Assembly: GCF_964194025.1 (NCBI RefSeq)
Contig: NC_134469.1
Location: 38,378,001-38,442,000, forward strand
DNA: 64,000 nt
Direction: 5' to 3'
Origin: Convolutriloba macropyga
Taxonomy: Eukaryota
Shown here: positions 12,474 through 26,700 of the stretch, piece after piece
Layout of the letters: each line of letters opens with the position of its first letter
Numbering within the stretch: position 1 is the first letter of the stretch
Translations under genes and position numbers: made by a program
Notes under the pieces: model-generated
The model's database searches: none
Told to the model about the DNA's origin: nothing
The model's input: only the letters and a program-made list of their open reading frames with translations

Positions 12474-15400
12474 GATATAACGGTTTTTCTCAACAATTTC
12501 GTGGTTTTATTTTATTTGTTCATACTTGTCTCTACATTTTCTGAAGTCATATTGTTAAAAAAAGAACTCCATTGCTGTGAAAAAATTTCATTTTTTTGGC
12601 TTCGACACTTCTCGCTCCTTTTTTTGAACTTGCTGTTTTTGCTTTTTTTTGAATTCTTCATGTATTCGTAAAATGCTGACTGGTCTCATAAGCTTCCAAT
12701 TGAGGACTGAATGATTGATGTCGCTCAATGCACTCAGTTTAAAGCAATTAGTTTTAAGGTTTACGATATTGTTTTTTCTCAAAGATTTTTATACTTTTCA
12801 GTTTTTGTTCTTTTCGTCAGCTTGTAATTTATTCTCATCATTGAGAGGTTCCGTCCAATTCCTTGTAATTCAAAAACTAGTTTTTCATTGGTATCGTGTC
12901 ATAACTGATTTTTGTTTGTTTGACAATATGCGTTCTCATGAAATTTTTGTGAATGGTCAGTATTTGCGTTTCTTTTTCTCTTCTTTAAGCACATTCGCTG
13001 AAAAATTTTTGTTTTTGCTTATTTTGTTGTTTGTTTTTCTCTCGTAATCTGTCTAATGGCAGATCTTGAGATCTTGCCGTAATGAAGCATGGTATTATGC
13101 CATTCAATTAGTAATTCTGTTTTGTAACGATGTTTTTAATCTCAAACATCTGTTTTGAATTATCTCATCATTATGTTGACAATTAAGTCAAAAATGTAGA
13201 TGAGCTCGGGTCGGAACATCATATACAAACGCACATTAACGAGCATCATTGTTAATTATACACACAATTAAATTGGATGTCAAATTTGTAGGATGATAGA
13301 AGGTAAAATTTTCAGCTTTATAACTGAGAACGATTAAAAAACGAAGACTCTTCAGATTGCATTTGCCCATAACTGTTGATGATTAAATTGTTGAAATATT
13401 TGGCGCTCTCAGAGATGATAAAATTTTTGAACAGCATATAGCCACACTGCCCTGAAAATCAATTATTTCCACTTTTCCATATTCATATTTTTATTCATAT
13501 TTTTATCGATAATTTACTTTATCAATTTTTTTCCCCAATTTTGTATCCAAAACCCCTTAAACAGTAGGCCTGCAAAATCATCAGCTTGTATGCTATTTTT
13601 GGACCCAATGTTGCGTGCCGTGTCCAGTGAACGAAAAAATTTCAAAATTTTTCTATAATAAGATTCTCGGGTCACATCAAAAGTTAGCGTCCAAGAAACT
13701 AATCATTTGTAATCGCCGCATTATTTAACTTCTACTATTTTACATATTCTGCTATTTTAACATAACATGATCTCACGAATAGGTTTATACATCAACATCA
13801 GACTCTTCTCTGTATCGAGATTGAACGGAGTCACTTCCGACTACAAAAGAAGAGTGCCCAAAAACATTTTGTTGAAACTTTACAATTGAAAACTAGAAAT
13901 AGAATTTTCTACAACTGTTACTGAGGTGAAAAGCTGTAATTTAATGAAAGCTAGTTTGCTGTTTTCTATTTCTGTGGTCGAGAAAAATGATTGAGAAAAC
14001 AGCATTCGAAATAATACTGATTTGAGAACGATCGATGTAGGTGAATTTATTCAGGAGCTAGATGCAAAGTTGTTTACAAATATGTCACAGATTCATTTTT
14101 ATTCATCAAAAACAGACCGCTCAAATTATTTTCCAATTGGTTTCAATGTTCTCATTTTCTTATTTGTCAGCATTCAAAGCAAATGATCATCGAATTTTTG
14201 CTGAAACTTTTAACTGCGTACACTATTTTGGAGCAAAAAAACTCATTGTTGTACATTCAATCATCTTTTTTTGTTCTAATAGGCAGAATCCTGTTATTTG
14301 GATTTTCAGTTTTGAGGAGTGGTCAACGTGTTCCTAGTTTTTTGCGGTTCCTCGAAAAATTTTTTTCGTCTATTTCTACTGTCTTTTAAGTGGTATTGAT
14401 CTGCTTGAAAGTTGACAGTTTTTAGATCTACTATAAGCTAGCTACTTCTTGTCATGAAAAAAGATAGCAATACAAAAGAAATGCGTAACTACGTTAAGTC
14501 TAATGTAGTATACATTTAATACACTTAACCTCATTTGAATAAAAATTGTAAGAAAAGAGACGAAATTAGCAGCATTTTAGTGTAAAATAGGTTTTACAAA
14601 AATGGTCATCGAATAACTCAAAGAAGGCCATCTGTGCAATCTTCCAATTGATGAACCGTTCTAACTTGACTATAGAAGACTCAAAAAATGATTAAAAACC
14701 TTTGTGGTTTTGAGAATCTGTAACAACCCCGAATGAGGTCAGACCGGCTATGGATTAGGTTTTTCCTATTATTACATTGGAATGGGTATAACTGCGTTCT
14801 GGAAAGCACAATAAAGCTCAATCATTACTGTTTACTTAACAACATTATTGTACATGCTGTAATAAGTGCTCTACTGCTGCGATAGGTGCTCTTTCTGTAA
14901 CAATTTATATTACTATGATATGAGTTCTGATCAGAAAAAAAAGCTGAAAGATAAGTTTGAACAGTTTCAGCTAAGTTTAAGGATTTACTGCTGTTTTTAC
15001 GCTCAACAGACTTCGTTTTTTTGTCTGAATTTACACTTCTCATAGTAAAAAATGACATGATCATAATATGTTCATAGTAAAAACACAGACTGAGAAATAC
15101 TATGATTCAGCGCTGATTTACTATGTTACTATGATCCAGGTGCTAAAAACACTTGTGAATTTGCGAATTACACTTGCAATCATTCGTACTCAATCCTCAG
15201 AACAGTTTTCTTGATCTACTTTTTCATGAAAAAATAAGTAATAAGTTTCCACGTTTTACTCGAGTGAATTCCACTTACGCTTTGCGGTTAAAATCTTTCA
15301 AAATCGTGAACGTAATTGTAATTCACAAGGGTAATTAAGAACTCCACGTATAGGCGGCAATCTTTTTTTACATTCGAGGGCCAAATTGCACGAATTCGCT

Positions 15401-18400
15401 TTCCTCGCTTGATGTCAAGTACACAAGTTATGATAGCAAGTCTTCACTTTGAAATAAAACTGTCTGCAGAGTTTTCAACTTGATTTAAAGGAAATGATTA
15501 CAGTCCAGTTCTGCTGAATTTATATTGCTGTGCGAAAAATTTTCTTTTTTACAAGAAAGTGTCGAAAAAGTTAAAAATATCTCAGTCGAGACTTAAAAAT
15601 TTTTTTGAGCAAGTCGGAGCTACTGAGATATGTTTAAAGTTGATGCTTTTATTCACAAACACATAGAACCTATGAGTAACTTTGAATTAAACAATTAAAC
15701 TGAAAAAATTTATTTTCTTGTGGTTTTTCCTTATAGAAGAAAATTGCTTGAAAATAATACCGCATCTTTGCTGGTTTGCCTAGTATGAGCTCAAGTAGAA
15801 GAACAAAAAAGTTGGGTTGGGATAAATTTCTCATTATTTTGAAAAAAATGTGGAAAAATAGTTGATTAGTTATTAACTAATTATGCAGTAATTTCTAGCG
15901 CTGTAATACTCTAAGGGTTTGGAGTTTGTATAAAAATGTATTTCCGCCCTTATTTAGGTTTTTCTGAAACACTATCGATTGTTTGAAAAATAACTCTGAA
16001 AAGATTTTCGAATTAGTGAACGCTCCAACGGTTTTTAGTAACCCAATCTCGTTTATCAAGCGATTTAAATTTTTTCCTCTCTAGACCACCAGAATTACAA
16101 TTTACTTCTATTTTGATTAACTGGATGAGAATGATGAATAGACCCGTTCCGAGCACTTTCCCAAAACATTAGGGGTAAAAGAGTATAAAGAGTTTAAAAA
16201 TAAAAAATTATACACCCGTTTCTCCGCTCAATTAAGGGTGAAAGAGTGTAATTATAAGAGTGTAATTTTTTAAAAAATACAAAAGGAAGGAGGTAGTGAG
16301 GATTGATCACCCCATCATCCTTCTGACGTACATATTTCTTTCACTTTTTGCACTAACCTTTGCGCCAACTGATAATAGCTCTAGACGTTTCAATTTGATT
16401 ATAATGGTCATAATGTAAGAGTGTAAATTTTTTATCAGTCCACCCTAAGTTACACTCTCTGCAAATAGAGTTGAACTCCTTCACTCATTCCCCCGATAAA
16501 TAGGAGTGGAATACGCAATACATCATAATTAGGGGTGGATTCAGAGTGAAACATCGGCGCTGGGAGATTATTTAATTCGAGACTAGACGCGTAGTTTGTT
16601 GTAGTTTCATCAATCTTCACTTGATTATGTAAAAAAGTTGATTTTTTCAGTGTTAATCGTTCTTCTGGGGAAACGTGACATTCGGACAACTCCTTGCGGC
16701 TGTATTTTCAATCTGAGAAAATTTCAAAAGATCTCACGATTTTTTTTTTTCATTTTTTCCAAAAAGAACGTTCTGCAAATTAATGGCGCACCAGGAGTTC
16801 CTAAGTTTCCTCTCTTCATGTTACGATTCTTACTGTTTCCTATAACTGATTTTTGATAATGAAAGATCTGTCTTTGATTGGAGGTTGGACTGAGATCAGA
16901 CTAAATAAATCTAACTCAAAAAGGTGTTCAGTTTTCTTTGTAAATGTCATTGAACTTCTTAAGCTTGTTTCTGCTTGCAGTCTTGAATACAGAAAAGAGT
17001 GTCATTGTTTTTTTGTTAAAAGCTGTTGTTACGCTGAAGGATTAAATTTTCACCGAGCGTATTAAACATGTATACCTCGGCGGTATAAGAAGTCGGAGTC
17101 AAAACAATCAAGCGGTCTTTAAACTTGAAAGTTCGTTCACTTATTATTATTCTTCACGCTTATAGTCTGACTGGTTTAGTTGCCATTCAAAAGTTAAAAG
17201 ACCTCTGTTTTGTTGTAATAACTAAGAACTTTGGTTATAAATTCAAGCTATAACCACTCTTTAGAGTTTTGTGCTCAAAGCTGTTTGCCGTAAACTTATT
17301 TATAATTTCAGTGGTTTTGTCAGTGCCTTTGACACGCAGAGCCTTTTTGTCATAAAATTCATTAAACTCAATAGCTTAACAAGAATATACACCACTCATA
17401 AGCACGTTTTGTGAGCGAGGATTATTTAGTTTTACGATCAATAAATGATTCAGCATTTGGTAGTATTCTTTTGTTCTCAAATTAATTTGACCTTTTTTTG
17501 AAAAATAAATCTGCTTTTTGTTCAGCTACACGCATTGTGCGTGATAAAATACAATTGTTTCTGTTCAATATCAAAGAGCATTATTTATTGTTCTCCAGTC
17601 AAAATCCGAGAGGTTTTGCTCTCTAGACTAATAGTGTGTGAATACATACTATGCTCTTAGTCAGTAGAAAACGACCGGTTTGTGACAAGCTTTGACTGCT
17701 ACTGTGTTTCAAGTTCAATGACTGCAGTTTTATTTATAAATTGAGGATAAACTTTAGACTTTTACCCTCAAACGTTCTTAGTCTAGTGTAACACTGCGAT
17801 TATTGTAGTATTTCTCTAGTTTAGTTCACCAGTTCAGCTAGCTGAACAAACTATGGCGTAATTTGACTGACTATTGTGATGGTATTACTCACACTTTATC
17901 AAAATTCGCCACCAAAATAGATTGCTGCTCAATGGGAAACTTAATAGAAAATTTAATTGTATAAAGAAGGTCGCTCCCTCCGACAAGTGTGTCGTGCGTC
18001 CTACTAACCTAATTCACGTCACTCAAGGTAATTAATTTCATTCCAATTCCTTCAAATTTCTTCCAAATTAAGTTCACTATTTATTGCTTCATTAATTCGC
18101 CTGCTTTCCCTTTTGGTACAGTTAATTGGTCTTGCTTTCAGCTTGCTTTTACATTTCTTTTCGACTATTTAAATAATTTAGGAACCAAAGATTTAGAAAT
18201 TATTATTTGCTTAATTGTTCCACGTTTAAAAGCAATGATGGAATATTTTCTACACATACTAGAGAAATATGAGTACTATCATATTAAAGCGTTAAAAGTA
18301 GCTTTCAAAGACTTAGTTTTTAAATTTATCAAAGATTTTTGTGGGGATAGTCAGAGGGTTTCTATTTACAAATGATGGGAATGTAATCAGATTTTCTCCA

Positions 18401-19759
18401 AAAATATACCATAAGCAGTCAAGCTATAACTGCATCTATTATTATTGGTTTCATCAAACTTTTTTGAGTACAATAAATTTGGTGCTGAATTTTGATATTT
18501 ATTGTTCCAAGATTACTCATAATGGGGAACTATATTATGGCATGTCCTTTCAGCCAGCCAAAATTGAAATCTTTGCTACACTTTTTACTTAGATAAGAGT
18601 GGATAACCATTTTACAGCTCCTTAAGTTTAGAATTCAAATCCAGAAAGAAAAGCTAACGAGGAGGCTCTGTAACATACAATGGCACCTAGAATTCAGACT
18701 CCGCTGATCCACAACCTTGTTTCAATTGTTTACCAATTGAAGTGGAGATAGAGTGCCTTTAAAGAACTAGTTCTTATTTTATTAATCAAACTTTGATAGT
18801 TTCTTTTAAAAGGATAGACATCTGTACAAAAAGTTTCATACCAGTGAGATCAATTTTTTTCCACTAAAATGAACACTCGAAGAAACGAAACGGCATATAT
18901 GAAATCAACCCTAATGCAATTTCTCAAGTAAAAAAAAATCGATTTTATCAAGTAAACAATTAGTTTTACAAAAGAGAATCACAACAATTGAGATCCAAAA
19001 ATCAAAATTTATCCCATTCCCAAACAGAATATCAAACTGTAATGTCTTTGAATTCTCAATTTGATCTCAAAAAAGTTCTCAAAATATCAATTGTCTTCGT
19101 TTCCATTGAATGAAAACCAAAACAAATTGATATCAACTAATTTCTAAAGCAATTTTGCTAAAGGGCAGAAGTAAAAATGACCTCTCGACTCAATGAATCC
19201 AAATTCAATTAGCGGTCACCCAAACTAGATAATAAGGAGCTAAGTCATAAGTGAGCTTTGTCAGGATTGCACTTGGTACTTAAAAACGCTTTTTCTAACA
19301 ATTTAGTTATCAAGTTATATAACCAACTCATGCAGAAATAAATCAAAATCCTGAATACCCTTCCTGTTTCTTAAAAATGTTGCTAATATTACGAATCAAA
19401 TGCAACCTCACAGAAAAGTTCAAAAACTAGGACCACTAATAGCAGCAAGCACGTTTGAGTATGAAGCTACTAGAACTTCGTGTTGCAAAAGTACGACAAA
19501 ACAATAAAAAAACGAGTGCCAGTTTTTCCAAAACCTGTTTTTAATTTTGAAACAAAGGCTGAAAGCATTCGCTTTCAACTGGACACAATAAAATTTCCAT
19601 TTATGCATCCTTGGAAACCGACTTGGTTTTGCGAGCAATGAGACGATTTTATAAATCCGATTGAAAATAAACAATTTTAAATAAACAGAATCAATTGAGT
19701 GATAAACCAATTTTAGATCAAAATGAAAAAAAGTTCTCCCAGAATTCTACAAAATAAAA

Positions 19760-20740
19760 AACCCTAACTTGTTAATCTATAATTGGCTTTTAATTGAGAT
19801 AAAGTATATGAATCAGTCATGCCTCAATACTGACTGATATTGAAAATTTTAATAGCAAGACAGCAAAAATAACAAAAAGGATACAGAACTTTTCAAAACT
19901 TTGGGTTTTTGAAAACTTTGAGTTTAGTCTCTTGTCAAAAAAGCTATTAGCTGTATGCTTACGTCATCAATAAGCTTCTCCTGTCCCAGCTCTAAATCAA
20001 CGCGAGTTTTTAGACTGTGCCAAAACTACGGGAAAAAAACGTCATTTTTCGGGTCCCAAAAATTTACAAACATTTTACTAAAAAAATATTTTCAAGCCAA
20101 TGCCAAAAACTTTAAACTTGAAAAAATCAATTAGGTTCATTGAGAAATTGTTACAATTTTAATGAGACCTGTCAAAATTGACCACTCGGTAGCAAAACAA
20201 CATAAAGAACAATAAATAGACAGAACTTACAAATTTTTAAGCCATTAAAATCATTAGTTGCCCACAGATCAAGTCAGAAATCAGCATAATTTTAGCATTT
20301 TAAAAATTGCATTGCATTTATGGTGCTTTAATAGAAAATCACACAAAAAAACTAAGACAGCAAAAATTGAAAACAAAAAATGGCTCTGAATACCAAAAAC
20401 TTTGGATCCAAATCCAAATCTGTTTCGTTCAAAAAACCAATTTGAGGAAAAACAGACAGCTCAATATCGCTTCATGGTTATTAAGCGCCGTAAATTTGAA
20501 ATGATAAAAGTAATTGGGCAAAAATTAACAAAAAATGCCAGAAAAAGATCAAAGATGAAACAAAATCAGTGAAGAGTGAAATCTTCACAAAATTTTGAGA
20601 ACTCGATAAATCCCTGAAAAAAACCGATAGAGCACTTTATTCTTGACGGGCGTTCTACCACTGACAACTTTTTACAATGAATATGTCGATCGGTAAAAAT
20701 TGACTGAACAAACAAAACCCAGTTGAGCTTGAGTACAGAT
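19760..20740 (-). mobile_element. HINE-like family A fragment (5' region lacking its terminus); partly repeated at about 22780-23330
   Basis: 20570-20735 matches the reverse complement of the family A 5' region (gatcggtaaaaattgactgaacaa). The left boundary is approximate. Confidence 0.5.
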
Positions 20741-23700
20741 TTTGAACAAAAAAGTTACGTTTACCCAATTCATCCCCATTTTTGTCTCATGCCCAAGCGC
20801 AGACGCATACACACCACCATCACCATAAACAACTCCACCCCCGAAAACAAACTTTTCAATTATTCGTATTTCGTTTCCATTCATAGTTCACCATTGTCAT
20901 CTGTCTAATTGGGTTATCAGGTTTAAAAAAAAGAATGCGCATTTTTCAGATATGCGTCTTGATAACCTTAACACAAACTGTTGTAAAGTTCGCATAGTTT
21001 TTCACGTACTCCCAATTTTTCATTGTTTTGTGGTAATTTATGAGTCTAAAAGGCCAATTGAACAACTTAAGATTTTACGGTTGAGATAGAAACACTTTGG
21101 CAGCACAATAGATATCCGTAAGCTCTTTGCAAATGTCAAGTCACTGCAATTTTTCGAAGATTTTTGTTAGTTTTTGTCCTTATTGCTTCCGGCTGTGTCT
21201 TACTTGTCAACCTTAGCTTTGTTGGCCTATAAATTAGTTATTTCTTAGCGTTTGAGAGTTTTGTGAAAACAATTGTTGAAAAAATTCGAACCAAACTTAA
21301 ATTAAATTTGACCACTATTTACTCTCCGTATTTCGACTTGAATGGCTCAGGAACGATAGCCTAAAATATCATTCCTTTTGTCTTCTGGTAGAAAAAATGT
21401 TGGTTTTTCAATAGCCACATGTCAAGAATTGCAGTAATTTTGTTGTCAACGTTGCAATTTTTGTCTAAAATTTTGTAAAAAAGAATATTAAGTTTCTCCA
21501 ACCCTATTTTGCTCCAAATGGACAATTTCGGTGTCGCCCATTTGAAATGTCCTCCATTTGAAACGCCCTCCCCCTCCTTGCACATAAGGGGCAAACCTAG
21601 AAGCTAAAGTTGATTTTTATAATAGGGGATAGTCGTTTTAGGCTAGTTCCTACAAAAATATCGGCAATGATGAGGCTACCGCCCTCTATTTTTGTTCTAG
21701 TCAAGTTTTGAATCATTAACCAATTAACTACAAGAGAGCTATATTTGAATTTCAGAAGTTAAAAAAGGGTTGTATCATCCAGGTGGAGAAAAGTTTGAAA
21801 GTTGTTAGATGGAGTAAAACCCGTTTGAGATTAAACAAATTCGCCGTATAGCGGATGTTTGAAAAAAGGAAGGACGAAAGAAAATATTGGACTTTCCAGA
21901 GGAACAAATACTTCAGTGATCCTTCATTACGATTGAATTGATAATTTTAACAGAAGCGTGTGGCTTTTATGATGCCAACATAAATAAGATAAGTCAAAAA
22001 ATTTAGGGGTCAAAAATTTTTCGGTTCCGATTTTGCTTCATCCGGTCTGTTTAAGGATTCTAGCACTTTATTGATTTCTTTTGTATGTTAGACTGACCCC
22101 AGTTCCAAGTTAATTGTACTTCATACTAAGCGCTATTCAGAGGAAATTCATTGCGGTCAAAAACTATACGAGAAATTCGAGGTTTGCTTAAGTACTACAA
22201 AACAGATGGAATCTGTTTTTAATTGTGCTCTTACGATTCATTTAAAAACTATTAATAGAGACAGAATTTTAAAAAATTGTCTTTAACAACGCAAATGACG
22301 CCCAGGTTAAAGAAGTAAAAGAAATTGTTAGACTCTCACTGACTGATTCGCACAATTGTAACAATTATTTTTTTTGTTTTATCTGATGCTTTAAACACAA
22401 TAAAATTATATTGTTAAATACTTTTCAATAGCCTTCATGAACAAATTAGACAGTGAAAAGTTAATCAGTGAGAACAGTATCGAAAAACCACATGAAGAAC
22501 AATTTTTGCAAAAATTTGTTTTCTCTCACGCTTCCTTGTAGTATTTTACGTCCAAAACTGTTTTGGATAAATGTACTACTTTAGCGTGAACCATATTATG
22601 TTCGAAAAAGACTGCGAAAAGATTTCTATTTATGCAAAATCTCTGAGCAGATCTTTAAAAAAAGTGCCGCTGAAATAAGATCTAACTTTTATGAATTATG
22701 GGCTTAGTGTTATCCAACATAGTAGATATTGCAGCTTGCAACTTTTTGTACTGCTTTTTTAGTGAAAAGTTAATCAGTAGAAAAACAACATAAAGAACAA
22801 TAAATGGACAGAACTTACAATTCTTTAAGCCATTAAAATCATTAGTTGCCCACAGATCAAGTCAGAAATCAGCATAATTTTAGCATTTTAAAAATTGCAT
22901 TGCATTTATGGTGCTTTAATAGAAAATCACACAAAAAAACTAAGACAGCAAAAATTGAAAACAAAAAATGGCTCTGAATACCAAAAACTTTGGATCCAAA
23001 TCCAAATCTGTTTCGTTCAAAAAACCAATTTGAGGAAAAACAGACAGCTCAATATCGCTTCATGGTTATTAAGCGCCGTAAATTTGAAATGATAAAAGTA
23101 ATTGGGCAAAAATTAACAAAAAATGCCAGAAAAAGATCAAAGATGAAACAAAATCAGTGAAGAGTGAAATCTTCACAAAAATTTGAGAACTCGATAAATC
23201 CTTGAAAAAAACCGATAGAGCACTTTATTCTTGACGGGCGTTCTACCACTCACAATTTTTTACAATGAATATGTCGATCGGTAAAAATTGACTGAACAAA
23301 CAAAACCCAGTTGAGCTTGAGTACAGATTCGGAGCAAAAAAGTTATGTTTACCCCATTCATCCCCATTTTTGTCTCATGCCCAAGCGCAGACGCATACAC
23401 ACCACCATCACCATAAACAACTCCACCCTCGAAAACAAACTTTTTAATTATTCGTTTTTCGTTTCCATTCACAGTTCTCCATTGTCATCTATGTCTAATT
23501 GGGTTATCAGGTTTAAAAAAGAGAATGCGCATTTTTCAGATATGCGTCTTGATAACCTTAACACAAACTGTTGTAAAGTTTGCATAGTTTTTCACGTACT
23601 CCCAATTTTTCATTGTTTTGTGGTAATTTATGAGTCTAAAAGGCCAATTGAACAACTTAAGATTTTACGGATGAGAGAGAAATATTTTGGCAGCACAATA

Positions 23701-26700
23701 GATATCCGTAAGCTCTTTGCAAATGTCAAGTCACTGCGATTTTTTGAAGATTTTTGTTAGTTTTTGTCCTTATTGCTTCCGGCTGTGTCTTACTTGTCAT
23801 CCTTAGCTTTGTTGGCCTATAAATTAGTTATTTCTTAGCGTTTGAGAGTTTTGTGAAAACAATTGTTGAAAAAATTCGAACCAAACTTAAATTAAATTTG
23901 ACCACTTTTTCCTCTCCGTATTTCGACTTGAATAGCTCAGGAACGATAGCCTAAAATATCATTCCTTTTGTCTTCTGGTAGAAAAAAATGTCGGTTCTTC
24001 AATAGCCACATGTCAAGAATTGCAGTAATTTTGTTGTTAACGTTGCAATTTTTGTCTAAAATTTTGTAAAAAAGAATATTAAGTTTCTCCAACCCTATTT
24101 TGCTCCAAATTGACAATAAGTGGTTTTGAGAAACACAGTTACATTGTTTAGAGTGATTGGAGTCTTGTAGATTGTCAGTTTGCCGAGGATATTGAATGGT
24201 CAAAATATTGTTGTTTTCGCTTGATATTTTGCTTTCAAAAATTTTATTTCTGATAAATTTTATCTCTATAATAAATTTAGCAGCTTTTGATATCTATGCC
24301 TCAATAGTGCTCTTTAGAATCCTATGAACGCTGAATTTTGCCTTTGCCCTTTCCTTTTATTTTTCAATATTTAATCTTTGTCTAGAAGATCGACTTTTAG
24401 TTCGAAACTGATCGCACCCACGAGGTTTCTGAATGCCATTTACTTGTTTTCAGTGCTCAGTGTATTAAAATTTCTAGAAAAGCTTGAACCTAATGTAAAA
24501 ATGTCAGCTTGAAATACTTTTATGCCCAATTTTTGTATGTTATATAATGCTTTAATGCCTCACATAACTGTGTGAAAGGCTTCCAAACTGAAGAACTAAG
24601 CAAAGTAACTCCAAATAAACCACCTTGAGGAAATGGATACGAGTAAAATAGATTAAGTCAAATGCTTTTAACCTACTTTTATTTGACGAGTTCTCGAATT
24701 TATTATCAACCTAGTTGTTTGCTTGGATAATGGTGCAGAAGAGAACAAATGAACGTTTTCCATCGTAATTTTTGTTACTAAGTTAATTTAGCATGCATCA
24801 AGAGATGGTTTCTACGTTCTCATAAATATTTTGTTTCTTTTACGGCGGTATGTCGTCATCTCCTTCCATTCGAATGTCACCATCCAAAAAATGCCACAAG
24901 CTATTCAGTTTTCTCCCTGTAACTTTCCGAAAATCACCCTATCTTCCTCTAACTATACCACGAGGAGCTTGCAGACTGGCTAGCTATATATAGTATGAGG
25001 GGTTAAAACAAAGGATGCGCATTTTCATTGGAAGGTTTCTTGTAGAGTGACAAGCGCAAGATTAATGAAAAGCAGCTGGAGAATTCGACATAGGTTTTAT
25101 CTAGAGACGCTGCCTTGATAATAACTACGCGGCCTAAATCTTGCCTCTCTGGATTCCCTCTCTCTTAGCATCTCTTATAATTTTGTTTGTTTTGGGCTGG
25201 TTGAAAGTATAATGTTTGTGGTGCCGGGGGCGTTTCAAATAGACGACACCGAAATTTAGCATCAAATAGACGACAAAAAAATTAATACATGCAAAATCTC
25301 ATTATGCGCTGATAATTTAGTCCTAGTTGACGGGCCAGTAGTGATAAATTGGGGCGCGCTAACACGTTCGTTTTATGATAATTCATATCAAGTTTTACGG
25401 GCCACTGAGTTATGGCCAAGGCCCACGAGCCATGGCCAGATGCTGTAAAATACATAATTTTTCCTTCCTTCTTTCTCGTTTAAATTTGTCATTATGGACG
25501 CTTGTGACTAAAAGTTGTCAAAATTTTAATGTTTAGCGAGGATTAACATTGAGAATGCATAAATTTGTTGTCCAGTTGAAACAAAAATCAGTGTCGTCTA
25601 GCATCCACAATGACAAGTTTAAACGAGAAAGGAAGGAAAATTTATGTATTTTAGAGCATCTGGCCATGCTTCGTGCGCCATGGCCATACCTCAGTGGCCC
25701 GTAAAACTTGATATGAATTATCAAAAAACGAACTTGTGAGCGCGTCCCAATCTATCACAACTGGCTCGTCAATAAGGATTAACTTATCAGCGCATATTGC
25801 AATTTTTCATGTATTAATTATTTTTGTCGTCCATTTGATACAAAATTTCGGTGTCGCCCATTTGAAATGTCCTCCATTTGAAACGCCCCTCCCCCTCATT
25901 GCACATAAGGGGCAAACCTAGATGCTGACATTAATTTTTATTATAGGAGATAGTCGTTTTAGGCTAGTTCCTACAGTAGTATTGGTAATGATGAGGCTAC
26001 CACCCTCCATTTTTGTTCTCGTCAAATTTTGAATCATTAGCCAATTAACTACAAGAGAGCTATATTTGAATTTCAGAAGTTAAAAAAGGTTGGATCATCC
26101 AGGTGGAGAAAAGTTTGAAAATTGTTAGATGGAGTAAAACCCGTTTGAGATTAAACAAATTCGCCGTATAGCGGATGTTTGAGAAAAGGAAGGACGAAAG
26201 AAAATATTGGACTTTCCAGAGGAAGAAATACTTCAGTGATCCTTCATTACGATTGAATTGTTAATTTTAACAGAAGCGTGTGGCTATTATGATGCCAACA
26301 TAAATCAGATAAGTCAAAAAATTTAGGGGTCAAAAATTTTTCGGTTCCGATTTTGCTTCATCCGGTCTGTTTAAGGATTCTAGCACTTTATTGATTTCTT
26401 TTCTATGTTAGACTGACCCCAGTTCCAAGTTAATTGTACTTCATACTAAGCGCTATTCACAGGACATTCATTGCGGTCAAATCTTTATTGCGGAAATTCG
26501 AGGTTTGCTTAATTACTACAAAACAGATGTAATCTGTTTTTAATTGTGCTCAGACGATTCATTTAAAAACTATAAATAGAGACAGAACTTTAAAAAATTG
26601 TCTTTAACAACGCAAATGACGCCCAGGTTAAAGAAGTAAAAGAAATTGTTATACTCTCACTGACTGATTCGCACAATTGTAACAATTATTTTTTTTGTTT

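Larger units (their letters stand above)
6254..13255 (+). mobile_element. HINE-like family A, copy 2, interrupted by a gypsy insertion
   Basis: 5' end gttcccaccccacttgtggggg at 6254; 3' end cgggtcggaac...aaacgcacattaacgagcatc at about 13207-13247. The sequences on either side of the gypsy element are contiguous in the - strand copy at about 56050-56200. Confidence 0.65.

Noticed and set aside
16170-16460. Repeated agggtgaaagagtgtaa motifs with an inverted copy
   Set aside because: Probably a decayed MITE, but its ends and TSD cannot be defined.
16450-17800. Coding-like decayed sequence (similar patches at about 21700-22350 and 53500-54000)
   Set aside because: Frequent stops and no recognisable motif, so it cannot be assigned.
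20307-23760. Identical short ORF pairs suggesting a gene family
   Set aside because: They are explained by the segmental duplication of TE-derived sequence and have no domains or splice structure.
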